Of a stretch of DNA of 64,000 nucleotides, positions 18,510 to 27,164 are shown piece by piece. The translations under genes were made by a program, and so were the position numbers. The notes under the pieces were generated by a model. It had not been told where the DNA came from. It saw nothing but the letters and a program-made list of their open reading frames with translations, and searched no databases. The stretch is from Deltaproteobacteria bacterium. Its GTDB lineage: Bacteria > Bdellovibrionota_B > Oligoflexia > Oligoflexales > Bog-1112. The DNA is taken from assembly GCA_020635195.1 (NCBI GenBank), contig JACKAG010000002.1, forward strand, positions 120,671 through 184,670, read 5' to 3'. Each line of letters starts with the position of its first letter. Positions within the stretch are counted from its first letter, which is position 1.

Positions 18510-19526
18510 TTATCGGCTGTCTGGCAGCTCTTTTTCTGATATTTTTCTGATAATCCGGTATAGCTCATAAGGTTCGGCAGAAGAGGCAGGTGCTGGATCA
18601 GAGTACTTTGGAAATAATATTTTTCCTGAAGCTTCAGCGAGCATAGGCTTGCCTCCGATCTGACCGAGAGTATCGCCTTTGCTAACCTCCCGAAAGTTAT
18701 ACCAGCCATGATCTAATCGTGCCTGATCTTTCAGGTGGACCCGCCGGACAGCACTCCATGTATACAGCGGGGCTCTGGCTTTTGCAGGTGGTGTCAGATT
18801 TGCGGTATACGGGATGAGGTCGTGCCTGCGCCGGATCAGGCCAAGGGCTCTTGTGATCAGAAAAAACCCAAAACTGCTCTGGTATGGATCGATCCCTTTC
18901 AGCCCCATTTCAATGGTAATGCCGGTTCCGCCATTCTGATTATGAAATTCATCAGAGCAGCAGCCTTCACTGGAAAAACTTTCTTTCCAGTGTGTGACAA
19001 TTGGGATTCCTGGTAGCAACTCTCTGGCAAACTGATAGCTTTCTGCTGTATAGGGAAAAATAAAAAACGGGCTGCTACTTTTCTGGCTGGTCTGATGCAG
19101 ATCTATATAATACTGAGATATTCTAAGAAGTTTCTCTAGCTGAGCAGCCCTTATGGGTTCATGCAGTTTTTTTTCAGGAAAGGCAAAACTGCGGTTAAGG
19201 TCTCTTTCAAGATAGCGGCTGTTTTTCAGGGCAGCTTCGGGGTTGCCCAGGGCCAGGCCGATGGGGATTTCGAGGAAGTGGGGCGAAGAGATCAGAAGAT
19301 TCAGAAAGTCGTTAATGCTGGCAAGCCCGCCGGTTTCATCTCCGTGAATCAGAGCACTTATTGTCAGAGGCAGAGTTCTGTCATGGACCTGATGAAGAAT
19401 CGGATTTTCCGGGCTGATGGTATAAACATAAGGGGCCAGTTCTTTGACCGTGAGCACTTTTGCCAGATTGTTCATCTGGAGGGTAAATCGTTCGAGTTCC
19501 TGATGAATGCTGTCAGAACTCCACAT
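18510..19526 (-). CDS. succinylglutamate desuccinylase/aspartoacylase-family (M14-like) zinc hydrolase
   Basis: 338 aa. HGDETGG near the N-terminus resembles the AstE/AspA HGNE zinc motif. Overall length fits. Family-level call only. Confidence 0.5.
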   Translation of the reverse strand: MWSSDSIHQELERFTLQMNNLAKVLTVKELAPYVYTISPENPILHQVHDRTLPLTISALIHGDETGGLASINDFLNLLISSPHFLEIPIGLALGNPEAALKNSRYLERDLNRSFAFPEKKLHEPIRAAQLEKLLRISQYYIDLHQTSQKSSSPFFIFPYTAESYQFARELLPGIPIVTHWKESFSSEGCCSDEFHNQNGGTGITIEMGLKGIDPYQSSFGFFLITRALGLIRRRHDLIPYTANLTPPAKARAPLYTWSAVRRVHLKDQARLDHGWYNFREVSKGDTLGQIGGKPMLAEASGKILFPKYSDPAPASSAEPYELYRIIRKISEKELPDSR

Positions 19527-19598
19527 GTGTAATTTCCTTCTTATATAGTCTTTTCAGAGACAGAGTGATGTGCATGACATAACAAAGACTCTTTTTGT

Positions 19599-19619
19599 CA
19601 TGCTATCATGTATAGCATG
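19599..19619. promoter_or_regulatory. 8-bp palindrome catgctat-N5-atagcatg in a divergent intergenic region
   Basis: Read directly from the sequence. Lies between the minus-strand gene starting at 19526 and the plus-strand gene at 19679. Confidence 0.4.
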
Positions 19620-19678
19620 GAGCTGTAATTTTGAATCGTAGCTCCTGACAAACAGAAGATTTTTTCCGGGAGATAATA

Positions 19679-19975
19679 GTGAGGAGGCTTTTCTTTTTTG
19701 TATGGTTGTCCTTGCTTCTTCTCTCCTGTGATCCGGAAGGTCGGAAAGACTGTGCCTGGGTTCTTGAACCTGAGCCTGATCTGAAGGGGAAAGTTCAGGA
19801 GGGTTATATTCCTGTCTGCGCCAGAAATCGCCGAACGATGAAACAGGACTGTCGTCTGCAGCTGCGCCCAGAGCAGATCAGCGAGTATACGGGTAAAAAA
19901 TTCCGATATTCGGACCTTCAGGTTGTTTCCGTTGCGCTACCACGGACCATTCGCTCTCTGAAGTTTTGTGAGTGA
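19679..19975 (+). CDS. small lipoprotein (hypothetical)
   Basis: GTG start. MRRLFFFVWLSLLLLSC lipobox. 98 aa. Confidence 0.4.
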   Translation: MRRLFFFVWLSLLLLSCDPEGRKDCAWVLEPEPDLKGKVQEGYIPVCARNRRTMKQDCRLQLRPEQISEYTGKKFRYSDLQVVSVALPRTIRSLKFCE

Positions 19976-19976
19976 T

Positions 19977-21041
19977 CTATCGTCCAAGGCAGATGCCGAG
20001 TCCTTCTGCAGCTTTCAGAAGCTGATCATCAGAGCTGATTTTTCTCCTGGAGTTTGCGCTGATATCAGAAAAAGGAATATGGGTGATACGGTCGCCTTTT
20101 TTGATGACCATCTGATTGTGCAGACCCTGCGCCAGCAAGTCGATGGCGTGAATCCCCATCTGACTGGCCAGAAGCCGATCCTGCGGGTTGGGCTGTCCTC
20201 CTCTTTGCAGATGTCCAAGGACAGTGACCCGGGTTTCCATTCCGGTCTCCTTCTGAAGCCGGATACCCACTATCTGGCCAATACCTCCCAGAACCTGACG
20301 GCCATCTGGTGTCGTCTGAAATTGCTGTGTCTGCTCTCCTGCGGGAACAGCTCCTTCTGAGACTACGATCAGAGAGAAGTTGCGCCCCAGTTTTTTGCGA
20401 AAATTAATTTTGCTGATGATGGAATCCCATGAGAAAGGGATCTCGGGGATAAGGACAACATTGCAGCCTCCGGCAACCCCTCCATGTAGTGCGATATAGC
20501 CTGAATCTCTGCCCATGACTTCCAGAATCATGATTCTGTCATGGGATTCTGCCGTGGAACGCAGGCGATGGACAGAATCTGCGACGAGATCAACGCAGCT
20601 GGAAAAGCCTATCGTCGTATCTGTCCCCGGCAGATCATTGTCAATGGTTTTTGGAATTCCGATGACTGGGATTCCAGCCTGGATCAGCTGAGAAGACATC
20701 CCCTGGGTCCCCTCACCTCCGATGACAATCAGGGCATCGAGTTTCAGCTCGTCAAATCCTTCTTTGGTCAGCTGAAGTTTATGGTCTCCGTCAGCTCCTG
20801 AAAAGCAGCACCCTCTGTTAAAGGTCCCGAGGATGGTTCCTCCCCGATGGAGGATATCCATCACATCAGTATTTTTCAGAGGGATGGTGCGCATGGGACG
20901 ATCCTGAAGGCCATTAAAACTGTCAAGAATTCCAGTGAATTCCATTTGGTGATTCCGGATTCCGTGTTTGACAGCAGCCCGGATAGCGGCATTGAGTCCC
21001 GGGCAGTCACCTCCACCTGTACAAATACCAATTTTCATCAC
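19977..21041 (-). CDS. pfkA: 6-phosphofructokinase
   Basis: MMKIGICTGGGDCPGLNAAIRA, IGGEGT and VMGRDSG, the PfkA-family motifs. Confidence 0.85.
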   Translation of the reverse strand: MMKIGICTGGGDCPGLNAAIRAAVKHGIRNHQMEFTGILDSFNGLQDRPMRTIPLKNTDVMDILHRGGTILGTFNRGCCFSGADGDHKLQLTKEGFDELKLDALIVIGGEGTQGMSSQLIQAGIPVIGIPKTIDNDLPGTDTTIGFSSCVDLVADSVHRLRSTAESHDRIMILEVMGRDSGYIALHGGVAGGCNVVLIPEIPFSWDSIISKINFRKKLGRNFSLIVVSEGAVPAGEQTQQFQTTPDGRQVLGGIGQIVGIRLQKETGMETRVTVLGHLQRGGQPNPQDRLLASQMGIHAIDLLAQGLHNQMVIKKGDRITHIPFSDISANSRRKISSDDQLLKAAEGLGICLGR

Positions 21042-21150
21042 AAAATTTATCTCCGAAAGATCAGGTGTCTTTGTTTTCTCTCTCTGTTTGGCTGTATTTC
21101 TTTATATTATGATCCGGCACAGGAGCTCTGACCAGAGCAGGATAAAAATA

Positions 21151-21864
21151 TCAGGGCTGCTCTTGCTGCTGCTGTGCAGGTATCTTTTTCCTGGTCAGGT
21201 TTCTGAAGGCAGAAATGAGCTTATGGTGCTGTTCTGTTTTCAGTTCTCTGTCTTTGTCTTTTTTTTCTGCATGTTGATTAGGTTCTTCTGTTTCAAAACT
21301 GAGAAGCTGTTGAAAACCTGTTGAGGATTTTTTCAGGTGAATGTAGTGGTAGCGATATCCGTCCATAAGAGGAATTGTATTCTGGAACTCTTCTTCGGGA
21401 AAGTGCTCACTTGCTTCAAGAAACATCTTTATCTGCTCTTTGTTGACCTCTTTCTGAGGCAATATGACACTACTGCTGCTTTCTGGCCAGCGAATGTCGG
21501 GAGCAATATAAAAAACCCGGATCGTTTGTTTGTCTTCATATTCTGTGCCTGAGGTGATCAGCCAATGTCCCTGACCAGCTCCGGCAAAGCCGCCACTGGA
21601 AAACAGGCACCAGATTTCTCCGGTCCAGCCTTCCTTATGCTGGCTCAGGAGCCATTTTTGTAACCATGCCTCATAGGGATAGGCGGGCTGTTGTTTTTTT
21701 TCCGAAGGCTCTTCGGACTTCAGTTTAACGGAGGATTTGCCTGAGGTAAAACCCTGGCTGATACAAGAGACGAGCAGGAGCGGGAAGAGCCTCAGGCCAA
21801 GGTTCTTCGCAAGTCCGATGAGCCCTGTCTTATGACTGTATACTGATCTGATGCGACACATCAT
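21151..21864 (-). CDS. hypothetical lipoprotein
   Basis: Lipobox LLLVSC. Lys/Glu/Gln-rich C-terminus. No family recognised. Confidence 0.4.
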   Translation of the reverse strand: MMCRIRSVYSHKTGLIGLAKNLGLRLFPLLLVSCISQGFTSGKSSVKLKSEEPSEKKQQPAYPYEAWLQKWLLSQHKEGWTGEIWCLFSSGGFAGAGQGHWLITSGTEYEDKQTIRVFYIAPDIRWPESSSSVILPQKEVNKEQIKMFLEASEHFPEEEFQNTIPLMDGYRYHYIHLKKSSTGFQQLLSFETEEPNQHAEKKDKDRELKTEQHHKLISAFRNLTRKKIPAQQQQEQP

Positions 21865-21929
21865 AATCTGGCCTCAGATAAATGTTGAGATGAAAGACGA
21901 AGATAATAAAGTTGCCGTTTTATTGTATA

Positions 21930-22586
21930 TTAGAATCGCATTCCGACACTAATGAGAAAATCTTTGAGAATGCCCTGGCTCTGGAGAGCCAACTCCTGAC
22001 GATTTTTGCTCGATTTTTCCCTTTGGATCTGACCATTGATCATTGTTGTATGCACAGAGTTTTGGCGTGCGATCAATGCGCTTTCGAAGAGTGGAGTCTC
22101 TATATCCAGGAAAAAGTCGCTTGAAAGATTCAGCCGGAGTCCAAGGGTGCCTCCATAGTAAATTCCTGATTCAGAAAGAGAGAGAATGGAGTTGCCCAAA
22201 GTGCTGACCTGAGAGGTTTTCTGAAAGCGGCTATGAGCTGAAGCAAAAGGAACCATGTGCTCAGACCATCGCTCCAGATACATCCGGGCTCCTCCACCGA
22301 TTCTGATGTCCTGGTTGTTACCCGGGGTGAGTTTTCCGGCTCCTGAATAAGTTTTGAAGGTGAGAGATCCATCTGCAAACCAGAACATGTTGCGGTTAAA
22401 TTGTTCCGCGTAGCGGGCTCCGAAGCCAAATTCTGAACCTGAAAGCTGATGATCCATGTTTGCATGTCTGTATAAGCCCTGAAGGACACTCAGTTCTGAA
22501 GCCAGGACTACAGAGTGTAAGTGTGCCCATAAGGTGAATATTGTGATCAGCAATGATGTTGCAAAAGTGTGGCGCATGAGCCTCAT
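21930..22586 (-). CDS. probable outer-membrane beta-barrel protein
   Basis: Signal peptide. Alternating amphipathic beta-strand pattern with frequent G/Y/F. C-terminal ...VGMRF (terminal Phe). Confidence 0.5.
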   Translation of the reverse strand: MRLMRHTFATSLLITIFTLWAHLHSVVLASELSVLQGLYRHANMDHQLSGSEFGFGARYAEQFNRNMFWFADGSLTFKTYSGAGKLTPGNNQDIRIGGGARMYLERWSEHMVPFASAHSRFQKTSQVSTLGNSILSLSESGIYYGGTLGLRLNLSSDFFLDIETPLFESALIARQNSVHTTMINGQIQREKSSKNRQELALQSQGILKDFLISVGMRF

Positions 22587-22717
22587 AAAGATCCTCCTTA
22601 AACGACCCTCATGGTCTCCGGATATTCTTCTGCTCGCTTAATCTAAGGTTATGCCCCGGAGATCATTGCTTTGCAAGAAAATAGCTTTGCTGATCACAGG
22701 AGGTTAAGTTGTCAGTC

Positions 22718-22747
22718 TTGAGTTAAGATCTCGAAGTTCGTTACAAT
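22718..22747 (+). promoter_or_regulatory. candidate sigma70 promoter (TTGAGT-N18-TACAAT) upstream of the GNAT gene
   Basis: Hexamers read directly from the sequence. Implies a ~140-nt leader. Confidence 0.25.
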
Positions 22748-22896
22748 AGCCGCAGACCTCACCGGGCATATACTGGGTATTGGGCGCTTGAACAATTGAA
22801 AGAGACGGGCGGATGTCCGGATCTTGCCCGCACGAAAAGACATTGTGAAGGTTTGATGGGGCTCTTTCATTCAGTAACGCCATATCAGGAACAAAA

Positions 22897-23463
22897 ATGG
22901 ATGAAAACAATACAGAGTTCATGGAGTTCATGAAAGACAGGATACCGGGAATGGTGGACAATATCAAAATCGAAAGATTTAGGGAGACTGATACTCTGCT
23001 TGTTTCGGAACTGATCCGGCGGAACATGGGGCGTTTTGATCAGACTGAGGCTGTTCTGGTTGCGACGTTCCGGCGTTTGAGCGCTCTGACACACAGTTAT
23101 TTACGTGAGGGTTGCGCTTTGTTTGTTGCGAAAATGCTGGATCACAGCAGGGGAGTAGACGCTCTGGTCGCCTGTGCAGGCCTGGGGCCTCTGCATGGGC
23201 TTCCTGTCAGTGAAGGGATTGGCGAGATAAGGGATCTGGTCGTGAATGAAAGCCTGAGAGGGCGTGGCATCGGTTCTCGCCTTTTATATCGATGTATTGA
23301 CGAAGCGAAGGAGCTGGGCTACAGGAGGCTTTATCTTGAAACCAGCCAGAATATGGTGAAAGCCAAAAAATTGTTTGTGAGATCCGGTTTTCGTCCGGTT
23401 GCAGAAGTGCCCGGTCAGGACCTTCCCTGCTACTTTCTGATGGAAAATCTTCAGGAACATTAA
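22897..23463 (+). CDS. GNAT-family N-acetyltransferase
   Basis: RGRGIGSRLL acetyl-CoA-binding loop in the expected position of a 188-aa protein. Confidence 0.75.
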   Translation: MDENNTEFMEFMKDRIPGMVDNIKIERFRETDTLLVSELIRRNMGRFDQTEAVLVATFRRLSALTHSYLREGCALFVAKMLDHSRGVDALVACAGLGPLHGLPVSEGIGEIRDLVVNESLRGRGIGSRLLYRCIDEAKELGYRRLYLETSQNMVKAKKLFVRSGFRPVAEVPGQDLPCYFLMENLQEH

Positions 23464-23471
23464 TGAAAAAA

Positions 23472-23508
23472 AGAGCTTATGCCTGCTTTTCGAGCAGATA
23501 TAAGCTCT
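23472..23508 (+). terminator. long hairpin 9 nt after the GNAT stop
   Basis: agagcttat-gc-ctgct-tttcg-agcag-at-ataagctct: 9 bp plus 5 bp of stem around a 2x2 internal loop. The T-run is weak (ctgttttt 14 nt later). Confidence 0.4.
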
Positions 23509-23726
23509 GTTAAGAGGGCTGTTTTTGATTCCTGCTGTCGCTTTCCAGGTTTTTTAAGAACTTCACCTTGCATTTTATTGTTATCTGGCCTAGGATGCCC
23601 GCTTGTTTCGGAGAAGCCTAGGGCGGGCTGCGTCTGTGATATGGATTCAGCGTCAAAGAACGCCATCAGGCACGATAAAAGAGCCTCTGCTTAGCAGAAA
23701 AAAACAGTATTCAGGAGAAGGCGGAC

Positions 23727-23903
23727 ATGGCTTCACCAACTAAAAAGTTAAAAGTTCGACGGGCACTTAAAAAAGCCTCTCGTGCAAGCCGAAGAAAAAA
23801 CAGAAATAAGAACCACGGGTCAACAGCTCCAAATCTTCCTCTTAACATGCCGAATGCTTATGAGAAGGCAGTAAAGGCTGCCCGGGCGACTTCTGAGAAG
23901 TAG
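23727..23903 (+). CDS. unannotated 58-aa highly basic small protein
   Basis: AGGAGAAGG lies 6-7 nt before the ATG. MASPTKKLKVRRALKKASRASRRKNRNKNHGSTAPNLPLNMPNAYEKAVKAARATSEK. Below the 60-aa ORF-track cutoff. Confidence 0.4.
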   Translation: MASPTKKLKVRRALKKASRASRRKNRNKNHGSTAPNLPLNMPNAYEKAVKAARATSEK

Positions 23904-24022
23904 TCTTAAATACAGACTTTGCTCTGTTTCCCGCCAGAAAGATCTGATCAGCAGATCAGATCAGTAGCAAACAACTTTGTTTGTTGAATCATGTGTGTGC
24001 TGAATGAAAGGAGAGTCTCTGT

Positions 24023-24862
24023 TTGGAGAGCTCTCCTCTTACATGGATGGAGGCTTTAGCCTTGCTTCTCAGGTTCATGAAGAGCACGATCTTCTTTTTT
24101 TGGGTTTTAATTATTACATTCTGGCATTTCTCGTTTCTGGCTATGCTTCGTCTGAAGGCGAGAGTCGAGGGAAGGGCTCCCTCCCAGACGGAGGCCCATA
24201 AAATCGCGACATTATGGGGCCAGAGGCTTCTGAAATCTGTTCCGGGCTGGGATATTCAGGTTCGGGGTGTGGAGTATCTTCCGCCAGAAGGGAGCCCCTG
24301 CGTTCTGGTTGCGAATCACGAGAGCTCAACAGATATTCTGGCAATCTATTTTCTGGGTATACAGTTTCGCTGGCTGTCCAAGAAGAGTATGTTTCAGGTT
24401 CCTTTAGTTGGAATGGCAATGCGATGGGCTGGTTATGTCCCTATTGTCAGAGGGAACAAGGGAAGTCACCAACAGGCGCTCAGTCAGAGTGAGGCGTACG
24501 TCCGTCAGGGGATTCCTATGCTTTTCTTTCCGGAAGGAACCAGATCTGTGAAGGGGACTCCTGGCGAATTTAAGACAGGAGCCTTCCGGCTGGCTCAGGC
24601 CTGTGCTGCACCGGTGTTGCCTGTTGTCTTGTGTGGTGCGGGCCGTCTTTTGCGGAAGAAAAGCCTGTATCCGGAAAAGGCTACGGTCAAAATTCAGATT
24701 CTTCCTCTGATGGAGGCTCTTCCGGGAGAATCAGCGCAAAATTTTACACAGAGGGTGCGTGATAAGATCTGTGAGGCACATGCTCTTTTGCTCGCAGAAG
24801 AGCGCCCTGTGTCCGGCCACTCTCTGACGGGTGAATGTCATGAAGCAGAGCCTGTTTGTTGA
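24023..24862 (+). CDS. plsC: 1-acyl-sn-glycerol-3-phosphate acyltransferase
   Basis: NHESSTD (HX4D) and FPEGTRS motifs. TTG 24023 is preceded by AAGGAG; an alternative ATG is at 24047. Confidence 0.8.
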   Translation: MESSPLTWMEALALLLRFMKSTIFFFWVLIITFWHFSFLAMLRLKARVEGRAPSQTEAHKIATLWGQRLLKSVPGWDIQVRGVEYLPPEGSPCVLVANHESSTDILAIYFLGIQFRWLSKKSMFQVPLVGMAMRWAGYVPIVRGNKGSHQQALSQSEAYVRQGIPMLFFPEGTRSVKGTPGEFKTGAFRLAQACAAPVLPVVLCGAGRLLRKKSLYPEKATVKIQILPLMEALPGESAQNFTQRVRDKICEAHALLLAEERPVSGHSLTGECHEAEPVC

Positions 24863-25619
24863 AGCGATTCATGCTTTCAATGATAATTATATCTGGGCGA
24901 TCCGCTGGAATCAGCGGGATTTTTGTATACTGATCGATCCTGGCGATGCTCAGGCAGCTCTTCGTTATCTCAGCGACAATAAGCTCCGTCTTCTTGCTAT
25001 CTGGAATACACATCACCACCAGGATCACACAGGTGGAAACTCCGAACTGAAGCATCGTTACGCTTGCCCTGTCCTGGGTTCTCAGGAAGATAAGCGCCGT
25101 ATTTCTGGTCTTGACCAGGGGCTGGTGCATGGGGACAGCTTTATGATCCCCGGAGATGAGGTTCTGGTGATCTCCACCCCCGGGCATACGATGGGGGCTG
25201 TTTGCTTTCTGCTCAGGGGATCTTCCGCTCTTTTCTGTGGGGACACTCTCTTTTCTATGGGTTGCGGGCGAATGTTTGAAGGAACGCCTGAAGTGTACTG
25301 GAAGAGCTTGAAAACTCTAAGAAATCTTCCTTCAGCGACAGAGCTCTTTTGTGCTCATGAGTATACTCTGGATAATGGAGCTTTTGCTCTGAACCTGACT
25401 CCGGGCGACAGGGAGCTTGCCGCTTACATTGAGAGGCTTCGGGATCGCAGCTGCCAAAAGGGGCGGACCCTTCCCGTATTGCTTCGCGACGAGCTGCGAT
25501 TCAATCCTTTTCTGAGGGTGGATCAGCCAGATTTTGTGGCTTCATTACCCTTTGAGACGAGAGGCTTAGGGGAAGGCGATGTCTTTGCCCAGATCCGCCT
25601 GATGAAAGATCATATGTGA
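24840..25619 (+). CDS. gloB: hydroxyacylglutathione hydrolase (glyoxalase II)
   Basis: MKQSLFVEAIHAFNDNYIW parallels the E. coli GloB N-terminus. THHHQDHTGG metal motif. Overlaps the plsC 3' end. Confidence 0.85.
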   Translation: MKQSLFVEAIHAFNDNYIWAIRWNQRDFCILIDPGDAQAALRYLSDNKLRLLAIWNTHHHQDHTGGNSELKHRYACPVLGSQEDKRRISGLDQGLVHGDSFMIPGDEVLVISTPGHTMGAVCFLLRGSSALFCGDTLFSMGCGRMFEGTPEVYWKSLKTLRNLPSATELFCAHEYTLDNGAFALNLTPGDRELAAYIERLRDRSCQKGRTLPVLLRDELRFNPFLRVDQPDFVASLPFETRGLGEGDVFAQIRLMKDHM

Positions 25620-25631
25620 TGCCGTGTTTTA

Positions 25632-26129
25632 TCAGGGGTTGTGAGAAGGTTCTGAAACCCTGGCTTCCGCATCAATGATGATCTCTTCCTGCTGTTTCGC
25701 TCTCTTGTGTGTGGAGCTGCTTTTGTCGTGGCCAGATCCGGACATGTGAAAGATTCTGATCGTGGCTGCCTGACCCATATTGCTGAATCCAGAACTGAAG
25801 ATTTTCTGGCTTAGATGGCTTCGGAGGATAAGTCCAAGCAGATCTGTAAGCAGTCCCGGGAGAATCAAAAGGACCCCTGCTATCATGCCGGATAAACTCT
25901 GGCTCAGAAAGGCAAAGGGATCGCTTTCCTGTCTGATGGCTGTCAGGCTGCTCAGACCCTGCTGTCGCAGAATCCGGTATCCTGCCCATGTGCTGATGAG
26001 GAATTCTGCCAGCATGACCCATCCGGCTGTTCTGGCGCCCAGGGCATATTCGAGGCCGGAAGATATGAGCAGATATGTCAGGCTTTCCGCGATGATCAGT
26101 AAAATCACCAGAAGATATATGTATCGCAT
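25632..26129 (-). CDS. fxsA: FxsA-family membrane protein
   Basis: LLILPGLLTDLLGLILR matches the FxsA LLLLPGFFTDFLGLLLL motif. Two to three N-terminal TM helices and a charged tail. Confidence 0.7.
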   Translation of the reverse strand: MRYIYLLVILLIIAESLTYLLISSGLEYALGARTAGWVMLAEFLISTWAGYRILRQQGLSSLTAIRQESDPFAFLSQSLSGMIAGVLLILPGLLTDLLGLILRSHLSQKIFSSGFSNMGQAATIRIFHMSGSGHDKSSSTHKRAKQQEEIIIDAEARVSEPSHNP

Positions 26130-26296
26130 CTTTGTCTGTCCCTCCGGAATTGCGCAGGTACTTTTTTTAATGTAAGGCCGCTTCTGTATTCTGCAAGGGG
26201 GCTCTTTTTGTGGAGGGGATGCTTGTCGTTCCTGGAAGAATCCTGTTTTCGAAAGTGAATTATTTCTTTAAATATCAAGCTATTAAAATATGACTG

Positions 26297-26324
26297 TTGA
26301 CATCGCATGATCATTGTGTAATTA
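26297..26324 (+). promoter_or_regulatory. candidate sigma70 promoter (TTGACA-N16-TAATTA, TG immediately upstream of the -10)
   Basis: Perfect -35 hexamer at 26297-26302. About 55 nt upstream of ATG 26379. Confidence 0.35.
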
Positions 26325-26378
26325 CTTAATCCCTGTCTTAATTGAAACGAGCTGTTTCAGAGAATCGAGGACTTCCCG

Positions 26379-26615
26379 ATGGAAACTGCGTCCGAATTAA
26401 ACAGAAAATCATGTAAAGTTAAGCGATTACCTCCTTCGGTGGTGAAGGATATTGAGCTTAAAAATCAGGCAAGACGACTTGCTAATCTTGCTCCGATTAA
26501 GATTCGTGTGCGTATGTGTATTGCATGTGGGCAGTCGTTTGAATCTGCCGGTAACAGAACCTGCGGTTGTAACACGAGAAATACCGGATATATGGCTGGA
26601 AGAGAAATCATCTGA
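26379..26615 (+). CDS. small 4-Cys (CxxC...CxC) protein, hypothetical
   Basis: 78 aa. CIACGQSFESAGNRTCGC suggests a zinc ribbon/knuckle. No family recognised. Confidence 0.35.
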   Translation: METASELNRKSCKVKRLPPSVVKDIELKNQARRLANLAPIKIRVRMCIACGQSFESAGNRTCGCNTRNTGYMAGREII

Positions 26616-26789
26616 GGCTGTTTCGGCGCTCTCCTTCGCGAGGACTCATCTCTTTCTTATGATGTCAGTCTGTTAAATAATTTTTCTTAGCTATTAAAAA
26701 AATCTGACGATTTCCTGGAATAGATTTTGGGTTTTTCGGAAAATATTCCGTAATTCTCTTTCTGTTTATATTTCTGGGGGAGCCTGGAT

Positions 26790-27140
26790 ATGCTGGGATC
26801 TTTAGGGTTCAGAAGAAAGCCTTATACCGTGGTCTATAAGGATTTTCATTCAGGAGAGCTCAGGCAGATCAGGCGAAGGCCGCCGGAAAAGCAACACGAT
26901 ATTTTACCAACAGATATTGTCGAGTTAAAGACACAACGGGGAGATGACTGGCAGGAAGGAGACTCTGTCAGTGTAAAACATGTTAGCTACCGGGCTCCAA
27001 ATCTACTGCAGTTGAAAAATTCTGAGGGAGATACGACATTTACACCTTACTTTGATGTTGAGCTGGAAGAAGAAGTGGCTTACAGACCAGGGAAGGAGAA
27101 AGATGTTGAAAGGAGTAACCGTTATCTCAGGTGGCCATAG
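26790..27140 (+). CDS. hypothetical protein
   Basis: 116-aa ORF with ordinary composition. No motif recognised. Confidence 0.3.
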   Translation: MLGSLGFRRKPYTVVYKDFHSGELRQIRRRPPEKQHDILPTDIVELKTQRGDDWQEGDSVSVKHVSYRAPNLLQLKNSEGDTTFTPYFDVELEEEVAYRPGKEKDVERSNRYLRWP

Positions 27141-27164
27141 GAGCTCTGGGCTGTTGCCGGGGAT

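Noticed and set aside
22704-23027. 107-aa minus-strand ORF
   Set aside because: It overlaps the start of the well-supported GNAT gene on the other strand. It has low-complexity, odd composition and no SD.
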